Shown here: in pieces, positions 1 through 7,221 of the stretch | How the letters are laid out: the number at the start of each line of letters is the position of its first letter | Position numbering within the stretch: position 1 is the first letter of the stretch | Virus record (IMG/VR): IMGVR_UViG_2595698871_000001 | Location: 45,443-109,442 of that record | DNA: 64,000 nucleotides | Source: a virus | Lineage: Duplodnaviria; Heunggongvirae; Uroviricota; Caudoviricetes | Direction: 5' to 3' (one strand) | The notes under the pieces: model-generated | What the model saw: the letters and a program-made list of their open reading frames with translations, nothing else | The model's database searches: none | What the model was told of the DNA's origin: nothing | Made by a program: the position numbers and the translations under genes

Positions 1-1086
1 AACAAGTCCGTCGCCCTGCCCGGCCCGATCGTCGTCACCGCCCCGACGGGCGTGGGCCGCGTGCCCAGCGCTACCTCGGGCGCGCTCGGCACGATCACGA
101 TCACCAGCACGCCCGAGGCTACGGTCTCGGCCGGGCAGGGTCTGTCGGGTCAGATCGGCACGATCACGATCACCCCGCCCGAGGCGCAAGGCCAGGGCGC
201 GGTCTTCATCCAGGCGACCGACGAACTCGTCGTTCAGACCCTGCCGCCGCAGGCGATCCTCTTCCAGGAAGCCACGGTCATCGTCGGCTTCCCGACGATC
301 TACCTTGTCGCGCCCGAGGCGATCACCTACTCGCTGGCCGAGTTCGCCTCGATCACCCTGCTGCCGCCGGACGCCTATGTGACCGTGCCGCTGCCGCTGG
401 GCAAGAACCGCATCCGCTATCGCCGCAACAACACGGCGGGACATGCGCCCGCGAGCCTGCTGCCCCACGAGATCGCGCTGAACGAGACCGACGGCCTGCT
501 GTTCACCCGCGACGGCGCGGGCGCGGTCAAGTCCACGCCGCTGGGCTTCATGCACGGCGAAGGCCTTCCGCCGCCGGCCACCGACGATGGCAAGGTGCTG
601 TCGGGCGGGATGTCCTGGGAGACGCCGTTCACCCAGTACCTGCTCCCGGTCCGCAACGCCCCGCCGGCCGGCGCGCGCATCGCCCTGGCCGAGGGCGTGG
701 TCGGCACCACGACCTTCACGCCGACGCTCGACGTCACCTACACCCGTCCGTTCTTCGTGGCCAAGACCATCGACATCCAGGCGCTGTCGATCGAGGTCGT
801 GGGCACCGCCGTCTCGACGGCCGAACTGGGCCTGATCGGCTGGTCGCTCACCGGCACGCCGGGCGCGGCGATCGTCACCGGCACGGTCAGCACCAGCACG
901 GCGGGCGTCAAGTCCGCCGCCGGCACGGCCACGGTCTTGACGCCGGGCTGGTACGCCGCCACCTTCAAGGTCACCGGCGCGGCGGGGGCTTCGTTCCGGG
1001 CTCCCACCACCCCGACGGCGATCGCGCCGGACTTCACCACCGCGCCGGGCGCGCCCGCGCCGGTCATGGCGACCCTGGAGACCTAA
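1..1086 (+). CDS. Putative virion structural protein, 5'-truncated by the window edge
   Basis: Frame is open from base 1; T/A/G/P-rich beta-type sequence; fibre-like motif LLPHEIALNETDGLLF. Confidence 0.75.
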   Translation, partial: NKSVALPGPIVVTAPTGVGRVPSATSGALGTITITSTPEATVSAGQGLSGQIGTITITPPEAQGQGAVFIQATDELVVQTLPPQAILFQEATVIVGFPTIYLVAPEAITYSLAEFASITLLPPDAYVTVPLPLGKNRIRYRRNNTAGHAPASLLPHEIALNETDGLLFTRDGAGAVKSTPLGFMHGEGLPPPATDDGKVLSGGMSWETPFTQYLLPVRNAPPAGARIALAEGVVGTTTFTPTLDVTYTRPFFVAKTIDIQALSIEVVGTAVSTAELGLIGWSLTGTPGAAIVTGTVSTSTAGVKSAAGTATVLTPGWYAATFKVTGAAGASFRAPTTPTAIAPDFTTAPGAPAPVMATLET

Positions 1087-1089
1087 GGC

Positions 1090-1758
1090 ATGTCGACCGA
1101 CATCACCATGCCGCCTGACACGACGATCTTCGCGGACGTCAAGCTCAATGGCGGCGCCGGCGCGCCCGTCGATCTGGCCGATGGCGAACTCTACATCGAC
1201 GAGGCTGGACGCAAGCTCTATGTCGAGACCGTGGTCGGCGTCCAGCCGATCCCGCTCGACGTCGGCTACATCCCGCGCCGGCCCAGCGGCACGCCGCTCG
1301 ACCACGTGGTCACCAAGACCGCCACCGGCTCCGAGTGGGGGCCGCTCCAGGGCGGCGCGGGCGGCTCTCCGTTCGACGCGGCTGAGTTCCGCGTGCCGGG
1401 CATCGCGCCCACGGGCCTGGACACGGTCGTTCTGCCGGGCGCGTCCGGTGGCATGGCTCTCTTCGAGATGCCGCTCCAGGACGTCCTCCTGAGCGTGCGT
1501 GTACACGCCTCCGCCGGCGTCGGCGCGGTAACCCTGGGACTCTACCCGTTCAACGGCTCCCTGGGCTCGGAAATCTTCGCCCAGACCCTGACGTTCACCG
1601 CGCCCGAGACCCAACTGGTGCCCGTCTCCCTGGCCTTGACGCCGGGGGTGTACGCCTGGGTGTGGACGGGGGCGTCCTCCGTGACTCTGGACGCGGTCAA
1701 GGGCTCCCTGCCCTGGGCGACGAGCGAGCAGGTCCACCCCGTGGCGATGAAGTTCTAA
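1090..1758 (+). CDS. Putative virion structural protein (222 aa)
   Basis: Tightly packed ORF; motif LADGELYIDEAGRKLY resembles those of both neighbours. Confidence 0.75.
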   Translation: MSTDITMPPDTTIFADVKLNGGAGAPVDLADGELYIDEAGRKLYVETVVGVQPIPLDVGYIPRRPSGTPLDHVVTKTATGSEWGPLQGGAGGSPFDAAEFRVPGIAPTGLDTVVLPGASGGMALFEMPLQDVLLSVRVHASAGVGAVTLGLYPFNGSLGSEIFAQTLTFTAPETQLVPVSLALTPGVYAWVWTGASSVTLDAVKGSLPWATSEQVHPVAMKF

Positions 1759-2534
1759 TGGCTATCCAGAACCCCCACTCCACCACGCCGGGCGTCATGC
1801 CCCACCTGACGCCGGGCGAGATCGGCGTCAACAAGGCCGATGACATCCTCTGGTTCCGGTCCGAGGGCCGCCGCGTGCCGATCATCCTGAGCGATCTGGA
1901 TCGGGCGCCGCCGCTCGACGGCCTGACCGGCGCGCCGCTGACCCTGGAAGGTGGCCAGCCGATCTGGAACGCGCATCTGGCCCCGTCCTCCGTGGTCAAT
2001 GGGCAGGTCAAGGTCGATCTGCCGCCGGCGACGGGCCTGCACGCCATGCCCAGCGTCCTGCTGCAAGGCCTGGGAGCCGATCGCGCCCTGGCGGCCAACG
2101 ATCTGGACCTCTCGCCCTTCTACGTCCGGTCCGACTCCATCACCCTGACCCAGTTGGCGTTCAGCGTCCGCTCGGCGGGCGCGCCGGCCATGCGGGTGGG
2201 GATCGTCGACAGCTTCGGCGTGGTCCAGGCCGACATTCTGGTCGCCGCGCCCGTGGTGGGCGCCAACGTGGTCAACCTCTCGCCGGTGCTGACGCTCCAG
2301 CGCGGCGTCTACCGCACGATCCTGGCAACCACCGGCGCGGTGACGATCGGGGTGGTCACGGGCGCGCGCATGGAGCAGGGCTGGGACATCATCGGGGACA
2401 CGCCCTCCTTCATCCACGGCTACAGCGGCTCGAAGAACACCGGCGGGGGGATCGGCAGTTTGCCGGGCCTGACCGCGCGGCGCTCGGGCGTGCCGGGTCA
2501 GGATCATTCGGTCCTGATGCGCTGGACGGCGTAG
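1758..2534 (+). CDS. Putative virion structural protein (258 aa)
   Basis: TAATG stop/start overlap; motif LTPGEIGVNKADDILWF. Confidence 0.75.
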   Translation: MAIQNPHSTTPGVMPHLTPGEIGVNKADDILWFRSEGRRVPIILSDLDRAPPLDGLTGAPLTLEGGQPIWNAHLAPSSVVNGQVKVDLPPATGLHAMPSVLLQGLGADRALAANDLDLSPFYVRSDSITLTQLAFSVRSAGAPAMRVGIVDSFGVVQADILVAAPVVGANVVNLSPVLTLQRGVYRTILATTGAVTIGVVTGARMEQGWDIIGDTPSFIHGYSGSKNTGGGIGSLPGLTARRSGVPGQDHSVLMRWTA

Positions 2535-2569
2535 TGGGGAGAGCCGGGTGGGGCTTTGTATCGCTGGGG

Positions 2570-2612
2570 GAGCGAGGGACGGGCCGCTCCCCGGCGGCCC
2601 ACCCGCTCTTTA
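2570..2612 (+). terminator. Possible intrinsic terminator
   Basis: GC hairpin GGGCCGC/GCGGCCC, outer GAGCG/CGCTC, followed by TTTA. Confidence 0.45.
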
Positions 2613-2639
2613 TAGACGGCCCTTTCCCGGCCCGCAAGA

Positions 2640-2676
2640 CGTGAATCTTGACATGGTGGAAGATCGGGGTTAACCT
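2640..2676 (+). promoter_or_regulatory. Promoter with GTGAATC element
   Basis: GTGAATC-TTGACA-N17-TAACCT. Confidence 0.7.
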
Positions 2677-2706
2677 GCGCGCTCATCTGGAGTTTCGAGC
2701 GCCACC

Positions 2707-2970
2707 ATGGCTGAGCTTGTCCGCATCTATCACCCTGAGACGAACGAGCCGTTCGACGTGATCCCGTCGACCGCCGAACGTCTGCGCCTGGGTGATGGTC
2801 CCGACGGGCTGGTCTGGCTCTCGCAGCCCTTCGAGCGCGTCGCTGTCGAAGCCGCGCCGGAAGCCCCCAAGGGGCGAGGTCGTAAGCGCGTCAGCGCGCC
2901 CGTCTCGGAAGAAGCCGAAGACGACGGGTGGCGTGACGTGCCGACCGAGGAAGATCGCGAAGCCGCGTAA
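2707..2970 (+). CDS. Hypothetical protein (87 aa)
   Basis: ATG downstream of promoter; phage-like codon usage. Confidence 0.7.
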   Translation: MAELVRIYHPETNEPFDVIPSTAERLRLGDGPDGLVWLSQPFERVAVEAAPEAPKGRGRKRVSAPVSEEAEDDGWRDVPTEEDREAA

Positions 2971-3023
2971 GCCGCGTAAGGCGCTTCGTCTTCCACTCTG
3001 CTGAAATTCGGTCTCAGTCCCAT

Positions 3024-3099
3024 GTCGGTCTAGCTCATGGGGTAGAGCGGCGGTCTCCAAAACCGCGCGTGGCAGGTTCGAGTCCTGCGTCCGGCGCCA
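3024..3099 (+). tRNA. tRNA-Trp(CCA)
   Basis: Cloverleaf; GCGGT-CTCCAAA-ACCGC; CCA end. Confidence 0.92.
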
Positions 3100-3103
3100 T
3101 TTC

Positions 3104-3178
3104 GCATCCGTAGTATATAGGTGATTACAGCGCGTTGCCAACGCGTAGAGTCGGGTTCGAGTCCCGACGGATGCTCCA
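3104..3178 (+). tRNA. tRNA-Gly(GCC)
   Basis: Loop TTGCCAA; GCATCCG/CGGATGC stem; CCA. Confidence 0.9.
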
Positions 3179-3182
3179 TTTC

Positions 3183-3256
3183 GCGGGTATAGCTCAAAGG
3201 GAGAGTTGCTGCCTTCCAAGCAGAAGATGCGAGTTCGAGCCTCGCTATCCGCTCCA
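3183..3256 (+). tRNA. tRNA-Gly(TCC)
   Basis: Loop CTTCCAA; CCA. Confidence 0.9.
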
Positions 3257-3698
3257 ACCTCGTGGTGAGGTGAGAACGCCCTCCTCATGCACCGCTTCGG
3301 CGGTAAAGTAGGCTCCAGCCGAAGAGATGCGGGACCAGGGGACCCCGCCACCACGAACGAAGTGCGCCCCAGGTACGCCTCTGACCGAGAAAGCCCGCTG
3401 GCCGTGGGTGAAGTGTATGGTCAAGCGTCTGGGTCCCCGTCCGCCAGGACCGGCGAAGGCCATATGCGCCGAATTCCTGGACCGGATCGTAGGAGGGGAG
3501 CGTTGGCGCCGGCCCAGCAGGGAAGGGTGAAGAGCCCAGCCGGCAATTTTCTTCAACAACAAGCTTGACAGCCGTCGAGTTTCGTGAGAGCCTCCTCAAC
3601 ATTATGACGCACCTCCTCACCCGTTACGAACGCGAGGCCACCGGCCTCGATACCACCACCGCCTAAAAGCGGTTTTGGTCCGAGGCCTCTTGTGATGT

Positions 3699-3776
3699 GG
3701 CCCGGTCGTCTAGCGGTTTGCAGGATTCCTGACTTTCAATCAGGAGAGCGGAGTTCGAGTCTCCGTCGGGCTTCCA
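3699..3776 (+). tRNA. tRNA-Glu(TTC)
   Basis: CCTGA-CTTTCAA-TCAGG; CCA. Confidence 0.9.
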
Positions 3777-3801
3777 CACCCCCAACTCATCTCTGAGCTT
3801 T

Positions 3802-3876
3802 GGTGCCGTCGTATATGGGTTATTATCACCGGCTGTCTCCCGGTGGAAACGGGTTCGAGTCCCGTCGGCATCGCCA
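3802..3876 (+). tRNA. tRNA-Asp(GTC)
   Basis: ACCGG-CTGTCTC-CCGGT; CCA. Confidence 0.9.
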
Positions 3877-3939
3877 GCCCTCGCAGCAAATCCAGGTTCC
3901 AGCGCGGCTGTTCCGCGCGCCTGCATGCACGAGGCTACC

Positions 3940-4161
3940 ATGTTTTTCGATCCCTCCTCGCAGTCGAGCGACGCGCTCCTGCGCCACGTCTCCACCCAAT
4001 CTCCGTATGCGGAAGCGGCTCGCACCGAGTTGCTGTCCCGAGGCCTCGTTCCGCTCCTGACGCGGTTCAACGGCTGGCGCCTCGCCCCGAGCGCGCCGTT
4101 TCCGCAGCACCTCATCCCGCGCCCCGATCCGCTCGCGAAGTACACGTGGCGGGCGGGATGA
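3940..4161 (+). CDS. Hypothetical protein (73 aa) within tRNA cluster
   Basis: GAGG RBS before ATG 3940; protein-like composition. Confidence 0.6.
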   Translation: MFFDPSSQSSDALLRHVSTQSPYAEAARTELLSRGLVPLLTRFNGWRLAPSAPFPQHLIPRPDPLAKYTWRAG

Positions 4162-4504
4162 AAAATATTCACCACGACGCTTGACATCCGTCGGGAGTTG
4201 TGAGAGCTTATGGACTGTCACGGATCACGACACTCCTCGGAGTGCAAAAGCGTGATCCTTCGTTTTTCACGGCCGCCAGCGGGTGGCCAGTCGAGAGTTG
4301 TCATGTTCGCCTTGTCGCATCTCAGCCTGAGCACGAAAGCCGCCTCCCCGGCGACGCTTTCGCTTGCCCTGCTGGCGACGGCCGCGAAGCCCTCGACCAA
4401 GCCGACCACCTCGGCCTCGCACTCGACGGAGACCCACTAGGGCTCTCGTCTCGGGTGCAGGCCTTGGAGCCGCACCCGCTACCTACATCCTGTAGACCTA
4501 GCGC

Positions 4505-4542
4505 AAGGCGGCTCCTCACCAGGGAGACCGCCTTTTCTTTTT
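4505..4542 (+). terminator. Intrinsic terminator
   Basis: AAGGCGG/CCGCCTT hairpin followed by TTCTTTT. Confidence 0.7.
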
Positions 4543-4554
4543 CGCGTTGATCAT

Positions 4555-4630
4555 CGGGGTGTAGCTCAGTCGGTAGAGCGCTCGGTTCGGGACCGAGAGG
4601 CCGTGGGTTCGAGTCCCGCCACCCAGACCA
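4555..4630 (+). tRNA. tRNA-Pro(CGG)
   Basis: CTCGG-TTCGGGA-CCGAG; CCA. Confidence 0.92.
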
Positions 4631-4637
4631 ACGCCAT

Positions 4638-4714
4638 CGGGATGTAGCTCAGTTTGGGAGAGCGCGCGGCTGGGGGCCGCGAGGCCGCAGGTTCAAGTCC
4701 TGCCACCCCGACCA
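4638..4714 (+). tRNA. tRNA-Pro(GGG)
   Basis: CGCGG-CTGGGGG-CCGCG; CCA. Confidence 0.92.
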
Positions 4715-4719
4715 ACAAC

Positions 4720-4792
4720 GCTGTTGCGCGTGGCTTCGCGCCCACCCCTTGGTATGGGGCGGTAGAAGGTTCAATTCCTTCCAGCAGCACCA
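4720..4792 (+). tRNA. Atypical tRNA-Thr(GGT), miniature D-arm
   Basis: 7-bp acceptor, CGCG-TGGCTT-CGCG, loop TTGGTAT, canonical T-arm, CCA. Confidence 0.65.
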
Positions 4793-4797
4793 ACAAC

Positions 4798-4867
4798 GCC
4801 GATGCCTCTGGGAGGACGCGCCTTTCGTAAGGGTGCGAGGTGGGTTCAATCCCCACTTTCGGCTCCA
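4798..4867 (+). tRNA. Atypical tRNA-Thr(CGT), miniature D-arm
   Basis: CCTC-TGG-GAGG, 6-bp anticodon stem with loop TTCGTAA, T-arm, CCA. Confidence 0.65.
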
Positions 4868-4922
4868 TCAAACAGCCTGCGGGCTATATCGGAGATCAAG
4901 TTTCATAGCCTCCAGGCTATAT

Positions 4923-5009
4923 GGATGTGTCACCTCAGTGGCGAGAGGAACGGGCTCTTAATCCGTCAGCGCAAGCTCACCGTGGGTTCGAGTCCCACCA
5001 CATCCTCCA
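4923..5009 (+). tRNA. tRNA-Lys(CTT) with long variable arm
   Basis: ACGGG-CTCTTAA-TCCGT; variable arm AGC-GCAA-GCT; CCA. Confidence 0.85.
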
Positions 5010-5014
5010 ACAAT

Positions 5015-5104
5015 GCACAAGTGACCCGAGCGGCGAAGGGCGTCGACTTTTAATCGACTAGGCGTCCAGCCTCACCGAGGGTTCGAGTCCCTCCTTGTGC
5101 TCCA
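5015..5104 (+). tRNA. tRNA-Lys(TTT) with long variable arm
   Basis: GTCGA-CTTTTAA-TCGAC; variable arm AGGC-GTCCA-GCCT; CCA. Confidence 0.85.
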
Positions 5105-5107
5105 TGT

Positions 5108-5194
5108 GCGAATGTGGCGGAACTGGTAGACGCGCCGGCCTCAGGTGCCGGTGCCCTTCGGGGCGTGTGGGTTCGAGTCCCACCTTTCGTACCA
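5108..5194 (+). tRNA. tRNA-Leu(CAG)
   Basis: CCGGC-CTCAGGT-GCCGG; class II; CCA. Confidence 0.92.
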
Positions 5195-5201
5195 ACGACA
5201 T

Positions 5202-5289
5202 GCCTTGCTGGCGGAAGTGGTAGACGCACTGTTCTCAAAAAGCAGGCCGGGCGACCGGGCTCTGGGTTCGATCCCCAGGTGAGGCACCA
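5202..5289 (+). tRNA. tRNA-Leu(CAA)
   Basis: Loop CTCAAAA; class II; CCA. Confidence 0.9.
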
Positions 5290-5296
5290 AGACTGA

Positions 5297-5384
5297 TGCG
5301 AAGTGGCGGAAACTGGTAGACGCACCGGCATGAGAGGCCGGCGCCCTTCGGGGCGTGAGGGTTCGAGTCCCTTCTTCGCGACCA
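5297..5384 (+). tRNA. tRNA-Leu(GAG)
   Basis: CCGGC-ATGAGAG-GCCGG; class II; CCA. Confidence 0.9.
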
Positions 5385-5387
5385 ATG

Positions 5388-5450
5388 TCCCGATCGGGAA
5401 GATTCCAGGCGGCGCGGCGCTCGCGACACCCGGATTTTCCCGATCGGGAA
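5388..5450. repeat. Two copies of palindrome TCCCGATCGGGA
   Basis: 5388-5399 and 5437-5450 (TTCCCGATCGGGAA), 50 nt apart. Confidence 0.8.
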
Positions 5451-5464
5451 GACGACGAGATTAT

Positions 5465-5535
5465 GCTGATCGCCGCTGGGCGGGGAGCGGGTTGTGTCCC
5501 CGCTAGGCACGGTTCGATCCCGTGGGTCAGTACCA
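5465..5535 (+). tRNA. Atypical tRNA-His(GTG), miniature D-arm
   Basis: CCGC-TGG-GCGG; AGCGGG-TTGTGTC-CCCGCT; T-arm; A73; CCA. Confidence 0.6.
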
Positions 5536-5540
5536 GATAC

Positions 5541-5611
5541 GGGGTATGCGCAGGGCGCAGGCATCCTTTGCAAGGAAGTCGGGGTGGGTTCGAGTCCCAC
5601 ATACTCCACCA
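5541..5611 (+). tRNA. Atypical tRNA-Ala(TGC), miniature D-arm
   Basis: G3.U70 pair; GCGC-AGG-GCGC; loop TTTGCAA; T-arm; CCA. Confidence 0.75.
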
Positions 5612-5615
5612 ACAT

Positions 5616-5705
5616 GGAAGGTCAACCGGACAGGCGCGCCGGGACTGCCTCGAAAGCAGATCGCACTCTCCGGGGTGTGGGGATCGAGACCTCGGCCTTC
5701 CTCCA
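5616..5705 (+). tRNA. tRNA-Ser(CGA)
   Basis: Loop CTCGAAA; long variable arm; T-loop ATCGAGA; CCA. Confidence 0.8.
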
Positions 5706-5709
5706 ATAT

Positions 5710-5799
5710 GGTGAGCGAACGGGACAGGCGTGCCCGGTCCGCCTGGAAAGCGCGACGCACTCTCCGGGGTGTGGGATTCGAGTTCTCCGCTCACCGCCA
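5710..5799 (+). tRNA. tRNA-Ser(GGA)
   Basis: Loop CTGGAAA; long variable arm; G73; CCA. Confidence 0.85.
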
Positions 5800-5803
5800 A
5801 CAG

Positions 5804-5894
5804 GGTAGGCGAACCGGACAGGCGCGCCGGCGCCGTTTGCTAAACGAGCGGCACTCTCCGGGGGTGTGGGATTCAAGCTCTCCGCCTACCGCCA
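5804..5894 (+). tRNA. tRNA-Ser(GCT)
   Basis: Loop TTGCTAA; long variable arm; G73; CCA. Confidence 0.85.
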
Positions 5895-6170
5895 TTTTGA
5901 TGTTGACGCCGGCCAGCACCGATGTCATACGTCACGACAGAGCCAACGCCCTCGGCCGGGTTGGTGGATGTGCCGGTTGCATCGCGCCCCGTCGAGCCCT
6001 AGTAGCTCTTGCCGTGGAGTTTTCCGCCTCCCTCCCAGACAAGGAGGCGGACCCCTACATCGCGATCCAGTGATCGTCGGCGACGGGCGCCGTCAGAGCC
6101 CCTTGCGCGCGGGAACGCTGCGGAGGGGATCGTCCCGACCACATTTTTCGACCCACGTTAACTTTTCTTC

Positions 6171-6199
6171 TTGACCTTCCCGAAAACGTAGTGTAGCTT
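6171..6199 (+). promoter_or_regulatory. Sigma70-type promoter
   Basis: TTGACC-N17-TAGCTT. Confidence 0.6.
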
Positions 6200-6328
6200 T
6201 CCCGTCATGAGCAAGTCGTACCGTCAATTCGTGCAGATTCAGGTCGTCCGGAATTTCCGGGCGGGCCGTTCGCGCATGGATGATGGCGGGACCTTTATCT
6301 AGGTCCAGACACCTCAACCCAATTCGCG

Positions 6329-6368
6329 AAAGGCCCGCCTGGACACCCAGGCGGGCCTTTTTCTTTTT
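6329..6368 (+). terminator. Intrinsic terminator
   Basis: 14-bp perfect stem AAAGGCCCGCCTGG/CCAGGCGGGCCTTT plus T-run. Confidence 0.85.
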
Positions 6369-6425
6369 CCGTTTCGCTGATCCGCAGGAGATCGCAGATG
6401 AACAACGGGGGCTAGTCCTCCACAT

Positions 6426-6510
6426 GGATGCTTAAAGCTGGAGGGCTCCAGCCGGGGGCTGTAAACCCCCTCTCTTCGGAGGAGTGGTTCGATCCCACAA
6501 GCATCCACCA
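6426..6510 (+). tRNA. tRNA-Tyr(GTA), unusual 6-bp D-stem
   Basis: GGGGG-CTGTAAA-CCCCC; variable arm CTC-TTCG-GAG; CCA. Confidence 0.8.
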
Positions 6511-6515
6511 ATCAT

Positions 6516-6591
6516 GGACTCGTAGCTCAGCAGGTAGAGCGCCGGCTTGAAACCCCGGAGGTCGGAGGTTCGATTCCTCCCGTTTCCACCA
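6516..6591 (+). tRNA. tRNA-Phe(GAA)
   Basis: Loop TTGAAAC; CCA. Confidence 0.9.
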
Positions 6592-6596
6592 ACAAC

Positions 6597-6672
6597 GCCC
6601 GATGAGCCAGATGGGAAGGCACCGCTTTGACATGGCGGCATTGAGAAGGTTCGATTCCTTCATCAGGCACCA
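6597..6672 (+). tRNA. tRNA-Val(GAC)
   Basis: CCGCT-TTGACAT-GGCGG; CCA. Confidence 0.85.
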
Positions 6673-6677
6673 ACCAC

Positions 6678-6753
6678 GCAAGTGTAGCTCAGTTGGTAGA
6701 GCAGCGGACCGATAATCCGCCCGTCCCTGGTTCGAGTCCAGGCATTTGCACCA
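6678..6753 (+). tRNA. tRNA-Ile(GAT), C33
   Basis: GCGGA-CCGATAA-TCCGC; CCA. Confidence 0.88.
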
Positions 6754-6760
6754 TTTCTGA

Positions 6761-6836
6761 TGTGGCATAGCTCAGGGGTCAGAGCGCGCGCTTGATAAGC
6801 GTGAGGTCGGTGGTTCGAGACCACCTGTCACTACCA
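6761..6836 (+). tRNA. tRNA-Ile(GAT)
   Basis: CGCGC-TTGATAA-GCGTG; CCA. Confidence 0.9.
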
Positions 6837-6870
6837 ATTCCCAGGCCCGGTGGAGATGCGCCGGTTCTGT

Positions 6871-6944
6871 AGGCGATTAGCTCAATGGTAGAGCAGGGGT
6901 GCCACATACCTCGGTCGTAGGTTCGATTCCTACATCGCCCACCA
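6871..6944 (+). tRNA. tRNA-Val(CAC), G32/C33
   Basis: GGGGT-GCCACAT-ACCTC; CCA. Confidence 0.8.
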
Positions 6945-6950
6945 ACATGT

Positions 6951-7024
6951 TGAGGGTTCGTCTAACGGTAGGACGCCTGGGTCTGGTCCAGGTAATCTAG
7001 GTTCGAGTCCTAGCCCCTCATCCA
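6951..7024 (+). tRNA. tRNA-Gln(CTG)
   Basis: CCTGG-GTCTGGT-CCAGG; U1-A72; CCA. Confidence 0.9.
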
Positions 7025-7030
7025 AGTTGT

Positions 7031-7104
7031 TCTCGGGTCGTCTAATGGTAAGACATCTGGTTTTGGTCCAGAGGATTGGGGTTCGATTCCTTGGCCGAGA
7101 GCCA
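7031..7104 (+). tRNA. tRNA-Gln(TTG)
   Basis: TCTGG-TTTTGGT-CCAGA; U1-A72; CCA. Confidence 0.9.
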
Positions 7105-7121
7105 ACTGCTTTAGAGTTCAT

Positions 7122-7196
7122 TCCAGTCAATGCACAAGGTGTGCAGCGGCACTGTTAATGCCTGTGAGCCCGGTTCGATTCCGGGGTCTGGAGCCA
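7122..7196 (+). tRNA. tRNA-Asn(GTT)
   Basis: Loop CTGTTAA; U1-A72; 5-bp D-stem; CCA. Confidence 0.85.
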
Positions 7197-7221
7197 ACAC
7201 GCCGGCCAAGGCCGGTCATGC

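Noticed and set aside
4270-4300. T-box riboswitch in the leader before tRNA-Pro
   Set aside because: GGGTGGCC is only a partial match; no ACCGCG or recognisable specifier loop.
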